From Gnetum montanum (taxonomy: Eukaryota > Plantae > Gnetophyta): a stretch of 64,000 nt of DNA. Positions 26,390-39,200 of this stretch are shown piece by piece. The stretch's first letter is position 1, and each line of letters begins with the position of its first letter. The notes beneath the pieces were generated by a model. That model had not been told where the DNA came from and did no database searches. It worked only from the letters and a program-made list of their open reading frames with translations. The translations under genes and the position numbers were made by a program. The stretch covers positions 66,370 to 130,369 of the forward strand of contig MNCI01002109.1 of NCBI GenBank assembly GCA_015680685.1. The letters run 5' to 3'.

Positions 26390-27240
26390 ACTTTCACTGT
26401 GGGCATTCATGAGCATAATGTCCAAATTGCTTACAATGATAACAACATACCTTTTTGTGATTGACAAGATATCTTCTTTTCTTGGCAAACATAATCGTCC
26501 TCCTTGTTCATCGTGGTCTTGAACCCCTATACCATCTTCATCTTGTGAATATCGAATATCTCTAGATATTAGTTGCCTTTGTCACCTTCCTTCTTCTTGG
26601 TCTTCTAGGTGGTCTACCAAAAACATCTCCTCCATCTAAATTAGCATAAACTTACACTAATGGGAGCAATTTTGTTAAACTCACATTGTAACATGCAAAT
26701 TGAAGCTCTTGTTTGGCCATATGGACAATATCAGCAAAATAGGTGAGAGATAGGTCCATATTGTTTTCAATGGCTTTGTAAAGTGCCATATGCCCATGCT
26801 TAGCTGGAAAACTTTCTAAATATAGGAAGGAAATCATAGGGTCTCGATGCAATGCTAATCTATAAACTTCTTTACTATATTTAGCACTGAACTGCTCAAA
26901 GTATTTCAAATTGGTAAGCTTCTTTTAACTCAAAAGCACTTTATCTAATAGTCGTAGATTGGCAGACAAATCAATAGTGAATTCAGTTACTAAGGCTACA
27001 AATACTTCTTGTAATCCTTGTTGCAATATTTGCTCCTGTTGTTCAAGCGTTGAACTTTCCCACCAATGACGGATTTTCCTGATGGCTCTAGTAAATGCTC
27101 CTATAATAATTATTCTTTCATCTAATTGCAATACTATGATTGCCATTCACAATTGATCTATCCATAATCAGATAGCATGCAACACTTCTTTTGGTGGTAA
27201 GTAATCGATGTCTATAACAGGAATTATTGTTGTTTGCCAT
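26390..27240 (-). pseudogene. Caulimovirid capsid protein with CCHC zinc knuckle
   Basis: KIRHWW helix region, a basic tract, then CX2CX4HX4C. Confidence 0.75.
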
Positions 27241-28148
27241 TATTGAAATTCTAAGAAGGCTAGCAGTTGCTGATACTGTCTCCAAGGTGGATCTGATCTT
27301 CTCACCATCATTAGTCTAGTTTGACAACCATTATTTTCAAGTTCATCAATATGTTCAACCTTGTGTTGTGCTTCCTTTTCAAAACTTGCCTGGCTCTTAG
27401 GAGATTTATCCTCTTCTTCTTCATGCCTTTCCTTTGTTGGACACTTTCCTACCTTTTCTTTTCTCAATCTTTGGATTTTTTCAAGCAATTTTTCTATTGG
27501 ATCTTGGTGTTGTACTAATGGCTTTGGTGGAGGCTTTGCTATAACTAGCAGTAACTTCATTTTTTTGTCTAATGTATGGGCTTCCTTTAAGAATTTTGCA
27601 ATCCTCTTTTTCTTTTGTTGTTGTCGATCCTCCTTTGCTTATTATCACTGTTTGATGGCATTGTCATAAGCTCTAAGATGCTACTCCATTTCAATTACTT
27701 TTGTTTGGACATCACTAACTAGTGAGTAAATATTACTTATATCTCCTTCTAATAAATTCCAATGTTGACTAACATAGGAGGTCCAATTCACCAGATAATT
27801 CAACTGTTTTACCTCATCTTTTTGCTGATTTGAAGAATCAATTGAATGTTTGAGAAGAAAACTACAATCTACCCTTGTTGTTGGTGAATCATCTTTTGAT
27901 GTCCTTGTATAATAGGAGGCCCTTAGTGGCCATTTTTCTCCATAAATTAGTCATCTTCCTGACACTGTTTTGCTAGTCTGTAGTATGAATAATGTACCTC
28001 TAGTGTCATAATTAGGTGATTTTGCCTTGGTTGAAGTAGATGCTTCTTCTTTAAACTTGGTTGGTGGCAGGGTTGGCAGAATTACTTCCATAGTAATTGT
28101 TGTTGATCGACCGAATTGTTGAAGTGGATAGCAACTCCACTTTGGAGT

Positions 28149-28545
28149 TCATTTTTCATAGGTTGTGAATTCCTGGTCTTTTAGCAATGACTGAATTTGT
28201 GGAAAACCTTGAACATATCCTAATATTGAAATACTTCTACCACATGTTGATATATGTTTTCTCCCTTGTGGAAATTGCACTCCCCATTTGAGCTTATGAT
28301 TCATTAGAATAGTATTTGATAATTGAAACGTGCCGCGAGCTCCTATGGCTACATAGACTGATCTTGGTAATAAATGCACACCATGAATTTCAATACAGAT
28401 AAGTAAGGTAGATGTAATAAAATCATCTTCTAATGCTAATTGGAAATTAGGTTGCACTATACACAAAGCATCCGAATCTAGTACACCATGAAATTGACAA
28501 ATCTTGGCTACTTCCCAAGCATCATTAGCATATTGACTAGATCCC
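28149..28545 (-). pseudogene. Caulimovirid 30K-type movement protein, 3' half
   Basis: VQPNFQLALEDDFITSTLLICIEIHG...GTFQLSNT fits the caulimovirid MP pattern and lies upstream of the capsid. Confidence 0.65.
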
Positions 28546-28550
28546 AGAAT

Positions 28551-28728
28551 TAGCCAATCAAATGATTCATCACTTAGACTTCGACTTCATTTTAACTTTC
28601 ATTATGTTGGCATTTAGGACAATTAAAGTCTAACAACATCAATGTATCATATGCCTCATCAAGAGTTAAACCATACAACTTGAACTTCATTAACTTAACA
28701 TGAGAAGAGAACAATCATGAATTGAATC
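28551..28728. repeat. ~178-bp direct repeat, copy 2
   Basis: Matches 18274-18448. Confidence 0.92.
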
Positions 28729-29918
28729 GCAACTACTAGTGAATCTACATTGGCCATCCATGGATTACAATCAAGTCACACATGAATACTTGCGACTTGT
28801 ACAGTAGAGTGTTGGAATACCCAATTGCTCATCAAACTTCATGCCTTTTCATCTATTTTGTGGTTACTATGTCCTTAGCATATGTGGTAGCATCTCCTAC
28901 AATTGGCTTAACCTGTATAGCTCAACCCAATCTAACCAACCTATCCACACTGAATCTACTTTTGGTTGGATTGGTTAGCTTATTGTTAGTGGTTGCTGAC
29001 CAAGACATTAGCAAAGGATCACTCAAGGGTTTCAATTATTTGAGAGGCCCCAACATGAAATCTCTTGTGGTTCAAATAGTTAGCTCATTGTTTTGTTAAG
29101 TAAGAGGTTGCTAGTTGAGTCACACTTTAGGCATTGTTATATTTCCTTATAATTCTTCTTAAAACAATATTATGTTGGCTACATGTCTTAGGGTGTACTT
29201 ATAGTCATTCTTTCAGGTTCATCATCAACAACCCCTTATTTCCCCTTTAAAAAAAGTTTTGGGTTCCTATTTTTTTTGAAGTTTGTTAAAGGTTTTCTTT
29301 TTGGCTAATAACTAATACCCCCTTTTTCGAAAGTGGTGTAAAGGTCTTTTCCACTAATGCATAGAGTAGTTTCAAGAAATCCTTTTTACATAATTTTTTA
29401 AAAATCCATAACTAAGTGTTCCCATTGGAATTAGGATCGTTTCGTCTCAAACTATGTGAGTGCATTATGTAGCATAAATTTCCAACTTTTTCATTTGCCC
29501 AAACTTGTTACCTCTAGAGATGTACTTAAATGGTTAGGAGTTGGTTCATGTGGTTACCTCATTGAGAGGTTGTAAATTCAAATCATACCTAAAGCAACAT
29601 TGTAGTGCTTTATAAATTTTTTAATGTTAACGCAAAAAGTGTTTTATCTTATTTACTAATTCAATCAAGGAGGGGTAAAAAAGAGAATTTTGTTTGGATT
29701 AAAAAAAAAATTCTTTTCTTCGTCATCTCCTATCGGGATTAAATTATCCCATTGGAACGACAGGGAAATTATCATTAATAGCCGAATCTTGAATATATTT
29801 CCCTTTTGCGGCAAACCAAGTATATTTGGTATATCTGGAATGTCTGACTACCTCTATTTTCAAATATGCGAACACGGCAGCTGTTTTGGCTTCTGCTGTT
29901 GTTGCAAGCTGAAACAGA

Positions 29919-32900
29919 ATGAAACGAGGATGCCCTGCGCCTGAGGATAGCCAGCAAAATATGCTTCTGCAGTCATCCACTGATGCAGTCTCTCTCTCCT
30001 CATCCAGTCCAATTAATAATTCAAATATCGGGTACCAGGTATTGTATGGTATTCCATGTTTCCAGTTTTTTTCCCCCAAAATTAATTAATTTCACGCCGT
30101 CGTTGCTAAAAAAATATGACTCACAAGGGTGTTTTTGAACAAACAGTTGCTTAAAAAGTGTGGCTGGAAAGAAGGCACTGGTCTAGGAATTGCAGAGCAG
30201 GTATTTCCGTGTGTCCTTTAAGTTTTTGTGTAGTGATTTACATTTGATTACATTACAGGCATTTTATTTCCTGAATTTGTAGCCTAAGATTTGGCAATTT
30301 TTGTGGGAAATTTGGAGCGGGACATTAAAATTTGCAGTCATCGATTGATTACACAACCCTATGGAAATCTTACAGAATGCCTAACATAAATAGGGTGCCC
30401 TGCTCTGCAGTCGGCTTACAGTAACAGGAAAGTTTCAAGAATTTATTAATTTCTTTTTAATTAGTGTAGTGAAAACAAGCACAAAGAACTGATTTCTTTG
30501 AATGGTATTATAATGTGATTAATGAAGCAAGAGCTTGCAATACATTATTTGAATAATTCATGTGGAAGAAGGGAAGAACCCTCTATATTCGCAACAGATA
30601 ACACTTTGCCACACAAATTCTGATCTGTATTTCCCGGCCCTGGGGTACATATTGTCCAACAAGAGTTAATATTAACGCTTTTGATCTCAGCAAATCTCTT
30701 AGAGTATATTTTAATTTGCAAAATATTTTGCATTTCAGCTTTGAGAATTAGTTGATCTTCTTTTCTTTTTTATTTCTATGAAGTTGGATTCAAAGAAAAA
30801 TCTCAGTATCTGTTGTGGCCAAGTCACAGGAATATGATCAGTTATACTCTTATTTAAAAAGAAAAAGGATACCATGATTAGAAACAGAGCTATGTTCTTC
30901 CAAAGAAACAGAGCTGAGTTTTCTAGAACATGCAAAAACTTGAGTTTTTTTTCTGTCCAAATAGATTACAGAATTCAGTGGAGGACAACTGATCAAATCT
31001 TTCTTTTTGTGCAATCGTTAATTTTTGATCCCCAGCTACAGACCAAACAAAGAATATCGTTAGGTAGGGGAATTGCTGACAATGCTGATTTAAATGATTT
31101 CTTAATTACAGATGCATATGAGTAGTGCAAAGAGAGATTACCTCAATCCTCCTATACATTATTATATATTGAGCAGTCATCATAAATCTGAAAAATCCTA
31201 TCCGAGAGTAAATAGCTTAAGATATTGTGTGAGGATATCCTTTCTCAGATGAGAAAAATCAGAAAGTTCAATTCTTGAATAAGTTCAGTTTTTGTATAAG
31301 CTGAAACCAAAAATTTTATTATGTTGATAGACCAAAAAATTAGACAGATAGTACATTTATTTCATGGAAGAAAAATACAGATTCAACAAAGTCGCTAAGC
31401 ACCACTAGATGCAACAAAAATACTGCATACACATTTTTTGTTGCAATATTATATTTTTGTTGTAGATATTTTATCTATGGACAATAAAGAAAAGCATGCT
31501 GCTCATCCTCAACAGCTCCTGACTTACTTGGATGCTATGTGTGATTTTTCTAGGGAGGTTAATCCATCTTTCACTTTCTATTCTGAGTCTGTGTGAACTC
31601 AATCAAAGCGTGCTAATTAAGCTGTAAGATCTGCCTGGGATTTTAGTTGTAAAAAAAGAAACTTCTGAATCTAGTTAATCACCTCAATGTGCCCCAAGTA
31701 AAATGCTTTCTTGCCTTACACATCTGACTGTAACTTTTCTATTACTTTCTGATTAACTAACTTGCATATGTGCTTAGGATTTCTTTGCACTGCTTCCAAT
31801 GAGATCTTCCATATCTTCAGCCATTGTATCCCTCGGAAATACCATCCTTGTTCTTTTGTGTCTTCAATAACTGCTTTGGATAATTTGATTTACTCAATTT
31901 TTGTCAGATTTTGAATATAGCTAATGAATTGACAAAGAGCTTCAGCTTCTAAGGGAAGTAAGTCACATTCCAGAAGTAACATAGGATAAGGTATTTGTGC
32001 CTTCACCTTCAATGTATCTAATAATTTCCTTTTTTTGGCATCCTTTTGATAGCTTGCCAGTGTTTTAGACTAAGGCTTGAGCCCCATACAACACTGTATG
32101 GTAAATGATAACTGGAAAACTTTGTTTTCTAACCTTTCAAGCCCATAATCCTAATGTTTTGCATTTGTTTTTAACTGCATATAGATATTCTTTCAAAAGT
32201 GCATCTTTTTATTGATTAATATAGTTCAAGATCTGGAGTGTGAGTGTCAAATCTAAAAATTAGACATTAATTTTAGATTGCATGCATATCACAACTGGAA
32301 TTCATATATAGTGAGGGAGAGAACTGAAACATTTTTTCAAGTTGGAAAAAAACATATAGATAGTGAAATATATGTTTTCATTGAATGGATGATCTGGCTG
32401 TGACTTATGGCTTGAAATCAAAAGTGTATGTGTTTTTTCTTGTTATGCATACATATTTTTGAAAGTTGAGAAATTAACTTTGAATAAAAATATAAATAAG
32501 ACTATTGATCTTAGGATGTCTGAACTACCACATCAATACAGGTATAATTGATGCATCTGCGATAATCCCACTAATATGACAGGTTTTTGGAATGACAGGG
32601 TAGATTGGATCCCATAGAGACGTACATAAAACAAGATAAGAGAGGTGTTGGTGCAGAGAAAAGACAGAGAAAATTGGTTCAAAAATCATCAATATCATCC
32701 AAAGTTCATACTCCGGTACATGTTTCAATTATTATTTATTTTTGTGTTACCAATGTTTTTATTCTTATATATCTTATTAAATAATTCCACTTTTAATTTT
32801 CAGGTGGAAGCAAAGGAATCTAACAAGAAAACTAGAAAGTTGTCTAAGAGAATGAGAAACTTGCAAGAAGAGGAAAAACGTTTCAGAGAAAAGCAATTTG

Positions 32901-32941
32901 AAGTAGAATTTTCTAGATTATTTTGGCCTGACAATGTTTAA
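29919..32941 (+). CDS. G-patch domain protein (plant GPANK1-like / D111-G-patch family), 4 exons, 142 aa
   Basis: Exons 29919-30038, 30147-30200, 32599-32715 and 32804-32941, all GT-AG phase 0. Spliced protein ..INNSNIGYQ|LLKKCGWKEGTGLGIAEQ|GRLDPIETYIKQDKRGVGAEK..|..LSKRMRNLQEEEKRFREKQFEVEFSRLFWPDNV*. No stops. Confidence 0.92.
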
Positions 32942-34939
32942 GTGTACATTGATTGTTTTGGGGTGCATGGTACATTGTTTTGTTTTGTGAGTGTCATATT
33001 TCATGGTAGTATGAAGAATTACCAAAGACGGAAGGGTAAAATACATGCAGGCTAGCTCAGGAAGGCAGCTGGCTGTAGAATATCACCAACTCTTAAGTGA
33101 AAAGCCAGCGCCAAATTGATGGCTAATGTTTAGAAGAATTACTTTTAAATATTTTAGAGAATAATTTTTTGTTCCAGAGTTGAAAGTACACATGGTTATA
33201 CAAGGAATGAAAGAATTTCTTTAATTTAGGTCTAACTACTGGGGGTATGGCTATCAATTAAATTATCAGTAAAATATATTTGACTTGTGTACTTTAGTTG
33301 ACTGCATGTTAGTTTCTATGATGTGCTTTGCTGAGATTAAGAAGTTTTAACAATATATTAAGTAAATGATGTCATAACTTAATGATAATTCATTAGCGTA
33401 TTAATCAAGGACGTGTGGCTTGTTTGCTGAGGCATATCCTTGCATCCTACAAGTCATAGTGAGTTATGCTGATACAAAGGCAAGAGTTGAACCAGGATTG
33501 TACTAAAAAACAGTTCAGTTTATATACCTGAATTAAATGTGTTGGACTTTATTATGGTAACTCTTTTTAACAATGTATTTCCCTAACCTGAAATATGGAG
33601 TTCTATTTTTACATGATTAATGTTTTCTTATTAACAGTGCAAAGGTTTCTATCCAACGGCAACGGTAACTGTTAAATCTGAAGGACTTAAAAAAGATATA
33701 CGCTTTGAATGAAACACACTTCTTATGTGTATAGATTTTATTAAAAGGTTCATGATGAGGGCGGGAGAAGTATGAAACAGTTCTTCCGTATGCAGACTTT
33801 TGAAAGGCCTTGTACAGACTTAATAAAGTGTATTGCGGTGATGGCAAAAGCTTCATGGAGCCTTATAATGGATCCTGGAGGTATTTTTTTTTCAAGTGGA
33901 AAGGCCTGGGTTTAAGCATTGGTACAGCTTTTTGAAAGAGTTTATGTTTTTGCTCATCTATTTTGGCAGGATGAGCATTGAACCCCTAAATGATGATCCT
34001 TATTTAATTGTAGATTGTAATTGCAGCTTGAAAAGAATTTCCAATTGGAAAGAAAAACCTTGTTATTACTATTTTCAAGTTGGCGATGGTCTTGCCCTTG
34101 AGATTGAGGTTGATTTAATGATCTGGTTTCTAAATATATAAAGATCTTTTACTGTCATTCGATGGATTATAGCACCTCAGATCACAGTTTGTCTAGTTCT
34201 CTCCATTACAGTTCCAGTGAACTTTGTCATTACTATCATTCCCGCAGAGTCCCGTCTTTTGGAGTTCTTAAATAATATTTGGTTGAACGGGGAATATTGA
34301 GCGATATGAAGGTTCTTGCGTGTAGCCTTCATGATCCCAGTTAAAAGTAATTCCATTACTTCAAAGGATTATTTGCACTTCTGTGACATGATTAAAAATA
34401 ATATTTGCACATTTTTCCAGTAAGGTGCTGAAACAGTTAATCATCTCTTCTTCCATTTGCTAAGCACGTTTAGCAATTTAATCACAACCAAGCTCAGCAG
34501 TTGGGGTTCATAGGGGAGACAATTATGGCTTCTTGGTGTAAGTGGAAACAAACTCTGGAAGCTCTTTATATCACTCTTTAAAAGAAAAGGTGTAGAGCAC
34601 ATTTCCTCTTTGTATTTAGTATAAAATATGGTCCCAACAAAACTACTGTTAGTTTTATTTACACAAGGGTGTGGAGCACACTCCCTATTTATGCCTGGTA
34701 TAAAATTTGGTCCAACAGAAACCAATGTACTTTTACTTACAAAAGTTGTCTTCCTGAATATACCTCGTTTGCAGCTCTCAATCTATCTGGTTTGCAGAGG
34801 GATGGACACATTTTAAAAAGAGCTTCAGTGAAATCATTCAAGTCCTTGATAATGGAAAGAATGCTCTACGATTAGCAGGAGCCGTATGAAATGTGATTTG
34901 CAAGCTCACCCTTTGTCAATATACTCTGGCTAAGCCACA

Positions 34940-36250
34940 ATTTTTTCTAACTTTGTCTTTTCATTTTGTTGCAGTGATGCTTTCCAAGCTTTGTATCCTT
35001 GATAGTTCTTCTTCATGTGACCAAATTTGTGGCAAAACCAATATTTAATCTTACTTTTAAAAGTTCCTCTACTTTTACTGCTTCCCTGTCTTGATTAGGT
35101 CCCTTACTTTGATCACACTTATTAGATCTACCTCTATTTGAAACTGTAAAAGCATTACCTGATGATTGACCCTATTCTTTAGGCAATCTTTTTTCTACAT
35201 CCTAAAGAGTAAAAACTACACCATCAAAAAAAATATTGCTCGTACTCATAGAGGTAGTAATAGCTGTAATAATTAGATTCCAAGATTCAGGTAAAGAATT
35301 TAAAACAACATAACACTTCATTGGCTCTAGAATCATCACTTTATATTCTTTAAATTTAACAAAAGCAACCATCATATCATTTAGATGTTTTTGCAAAGAA
35401 ATGCCTTCTTTTATCTTTGCATTAAAAACTTTTTGATAAATATGAAACTAATTCAAACTTCAAACTTTATCAAACTTGTTTTTCAACTTTACTCAAGGAG
35501 CATGATGATCTATTTTGTTAAAAAGAGGTGCCAAAATTTCGTTGCTCAAATATGGATGGATCAACATTAGTGCTTTTGCTTGCAACTTTTTTCAATAATC
35601 ATCTAACATCTTTGCATGTTTTGAAAGTTGAAACGTCTCATCACACTCTTTTTATGCCAAAGTATCTTTCATCAACACATTCAATATGTTTCGATTCTAA
35701 CGAACAAGCTTGTCTATTGTTTGTAAATGCTTCATTAACCTGCTTCGATACCATTTGTTATGAAATTAATTAAATCTATAAATCAAAACAACAAAGAAAA
35801 CAAGGAAAACACAAAAATTTACATGAAAACCCCCAAAGTAGGGAAAACCCCATGGGAACCAATGCAAAGCTCTGCCATTCTTTTATTTGGAGAAAGTAAC
35901 CTAAGGATACAAGTCGTCCGTGTTACTATCACCACACCCTTAAGCCATTCCTGTCACACTTTTTGTTATTGTACTTAACACACTTTTCCACCTTTAATTT
36001 ATGGCAAAAAACAAGTCTTTTTTCTATCACAATTTTTAGAAATTGCTAATTATATTTGAAGAAGAGATTACAAAGTTAAAAGTTATGAAAGACATAACTT
36101 AGATGTATAAAAACAGGGGAAGAGTTTTCTTCACATTAATTGACAGTTAACAATTCTTCCATTTGAAGAAAAATCTGACAAATCTTCAAGTTAGAGCTGT
36201 GCTGGTTCCAAGGTGCATTCTTATGTCTTCCCTATTTCAAGTTGTTTTCT

Positions 36251-36283
<33 letters not shown>

Positions 36284-39200
36284 ACACCATGCACATCCCA
36301 TACTACCACTTTTGTCAATGCATTACAATATTTTTCTTTTTGTTAATTTTCTGCAAATTAATTAAACATTCTTCAACAATATCTCTAATAGAATGGTATT
36401 TAAGATCATTATGTTTTGTTTTGTCATGATAAGTTGAATTTCTTGCTAGATAAAATTTGATAATTGTCTTGCTTTACAAAAAGAAACAGTAAAAATCTTT
36501 GCAACCATAACATCTCCGTACATGCTTTTGTTAATGCCACATATTTAGATTCCGTAGCAAACAAAGTTACTAGAGATTGAAGTTTTGACACCTAGCTTAT
36601 TGTAGCACCTCCTAAAACAAAAGCATAACCTATAGTTGAATGTTTGGTATCTAAATCATTCAAATTATTATTTCCAAAACATAAACAAGCATTCTAAGTT
36701 CCCTTTAAGTATCTAAGAATCCATTTCCCAGCAAGCCAATGGTTTTAACCATAATTATTCATATATCTACTAACGACACCAACTGCATATGTTATGTTTG
36801 GACGAGTGCATACCATAGCATACATTAAAGAGCCAACAACGAAAGTATATGGAATATCCTTGACTTTGGCAAATTTTTTTTTTGTACTAGGAAAATCTTT
36901 CTTAAATAATTGAAAATGAGAAGCCAAAGAGTGTTTACAAGCTCTACTTTTGACATATTAAAACATCCAACACTTTTCCAATATACTTACATTATAGCTA
37001 AGCCACAATTTTTTCTACTTTCTATCTTTGTCAATATGCATTCCAAGAGTTCATTTGGCTTGTCCCAAATCCTTCATAGCAAATTGTTTACTCATCTCTA
37101 TTTTAAGTTGTTTTATCTGTGATATATCATTCCTTGCAGTCACCATATCATCTACATATAAAAACAAAATTACAAATTTGTTTTTATCACTTGAGAAATA
37201 AACACAATGATCAAGATCTCTCCAATAATAACTTATTTTGTGCATAAAAGAATCAAAATTTCTCTACCATTACCTAGGAGCTTATTTTAAACCATATAAG
37301 TTTATCCTCAAGCAACACACATAATGGTTATTTTGATCAACAAATCCTTCTAGCTGATGCATATAGATTTTTTTCATTTAAATCCTTCTAACTGTTCTAA
37401 CTCTAAATCTAAACAAGCAACCAATGAAAGAATAATCCGAATAGAAGAATGCTTAACAATGGAAGAACATATTTTTGTAAAATCAATTCCTGATAATAAC
37501 CTTTAGCTACTAGCCTAGCCTTATAAATACCCCCATTTACCTCATTCTTTAAAGTAAAAATCCATCTATTTTGAAGTGCTTTATGTCCCTTGGGTAATTC
37601 CACCAATTCCCAAGTTCTATTCTATTGAAGTGAATTCTATTCCCTTTTCATAACTTCCTTCCATTTTACTGCATTTGGACTTGCAAGAGCTTCTTTCACT
37701 ATTTCAGGTTCACCACGATTTGTATAAAGAATATAATCTTTAAATCTAGTAGGATGACGTGTTATTCTACTTGAATGTCTTACCTCATGTGATGTATTTT
37801 TAAGAAGATTTTCCTCCTCATCAGTTTCTTTTTCCTCATCTTCATTCTAAAATTCTAGGTGTTTTGATTTGTCACTTGCTCTTGTATTATAGCTTCTTGA
37901 GGTTACAAAACAAATCTAGAAACTTGTTGTGTAACAGAATCATAAACATTTTTCTTTTGAAAATCATGAAACATCACATTTTTTTTAAGATTTTACATCT
38001 CATAATTTTATAAATTGTTTTGCCTCAAGATCTCATGATCTAAAACCCAATTCATCACTACCATAATGTATACAAATACATCTTTTTGATTTATCACCAA
38101 ATTTAAATTTATTTTCCTTTTGCATATGCATGTAAGCAACACATCCAAAAACTTTTAAATGACTATAACAAACATGTCTTCCACTCCACAAAGACTTTGG
38201 TACTTCATTATTTAAAGAAAAATGTGGTGATCTATTAATTAAATAAGCACTAGTCATAATAGTCTTAGCCAAAAAAATTTTAGGCAAGCCTGCACTAAAA
38301 ATAATGGATCTTGCACATTCAACCAATGTTCTATTACATCTTTCTGCTACTCCATTTTCTTGTGGAGTTCTAGGAGGAGGATGTATATGCCGAATTTCTT
38401 GAAGTATTTAAAAATTTCTCTTGGAACTCATTGAATTCTAAACTTGTTTATGTCTCTATTTTAGCAAAAAATAACTTAAAAATCTTGAGAATAGCATCCT
38501 TGAACTTTATTGGAAATACCCAAACTTTTCACGTATGATCATCAATGAAAGTAACAAAATATAGTGAACAATTATTAAAATAAACAAGCTCCAATTTATT
38601 AGCTCATCTATGTTCCATATTTCTAAGAATAGTCACCCTTTTTGATTTACCAACACCACAATCTTTGCAAAATTCTATGGAGCTTACTACAAATTTGGGA
38701 ATGCAAGAATGAGATTAAAGTACCTTCAAATTAGAATAACTCATAAGGCCCAACCGTTTATGTCATAAATCTATATCCTCTCTTATAGCAATTGCAACTA
38801 CAAAATCGTCCTATAAACATATATAAACTCCTAGAGTATACATTGTGCCTATCTTTTTACCTTTAAGAATTGTTAAAATGCCCTTGGTAAATTTCCACTA
38901 ATTATTTCTACATGAAAAGTTCACACTTAAAGCATCAACTTGAGAAATAGAATTCAGCTTTATAGAAAGCTCAAGAACATGCCTAATATTATTAAGAATG
39001 ATTTTAGGCAAATCAAGTTGTTGTCGAATAACACTTCCTATACTAGCGATTTTTAAAGGAACACCATTAGCAACATAAACAACACTTGATGAAATTGGCT
39101 GATATGAAGTAAAAATAGACCAATCAAGACAAGTATGAAATTAGGCTCTTGTGTCTACAATCCAAATATCTTTTACTATGTTAAAGAAAATACTGTAGAT

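Larger units (their letters stand above)
18449..28550 (-). mobile_element. Endogenous pararetrovirus (Caulimoviridae), order MP-CP-AP-RT-RH, about 6.1 kb without the insertion
   Basis: Movement-protein C-terminal half ~28545-28150. Capsid with zinc knuckle CYHCKQFGHYAHEC at ~26400-26450. Protease AFVDTG at 25410-25778. RT with KFDCKSGYHQI, MPFGLKN and YKDD at ~25250-24340. RNase H ILNTDDS..CAYASG..ELNY at 20220-19800. No integrase and no LTRs. Confidence 0.9.

Noticed and set aside
28810-29230. Possible solo LTR (TGTTGG...CAACA)
   Set aside because: No matching TSD (TAGAG versus ACCCC) and no second copy in the window.
29690-30079. Overlapping ORFs near the gene start
   Set aside because: They overlap the promoter and exon 1 of the spliced G-patch gene and have no independent support.
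30147-30200. G-patch as a retroelement-derived domain
   Set aside because: It is part of an intron-containing, stop-free gene with a plant-type WPDNV C-terminus.
36253-36281. Long poly(A) run as a retrocopy tail
   Set aside because: Lies inside the copia 3' region with no associated insert or TSD. Likely a slippage homopolymer.
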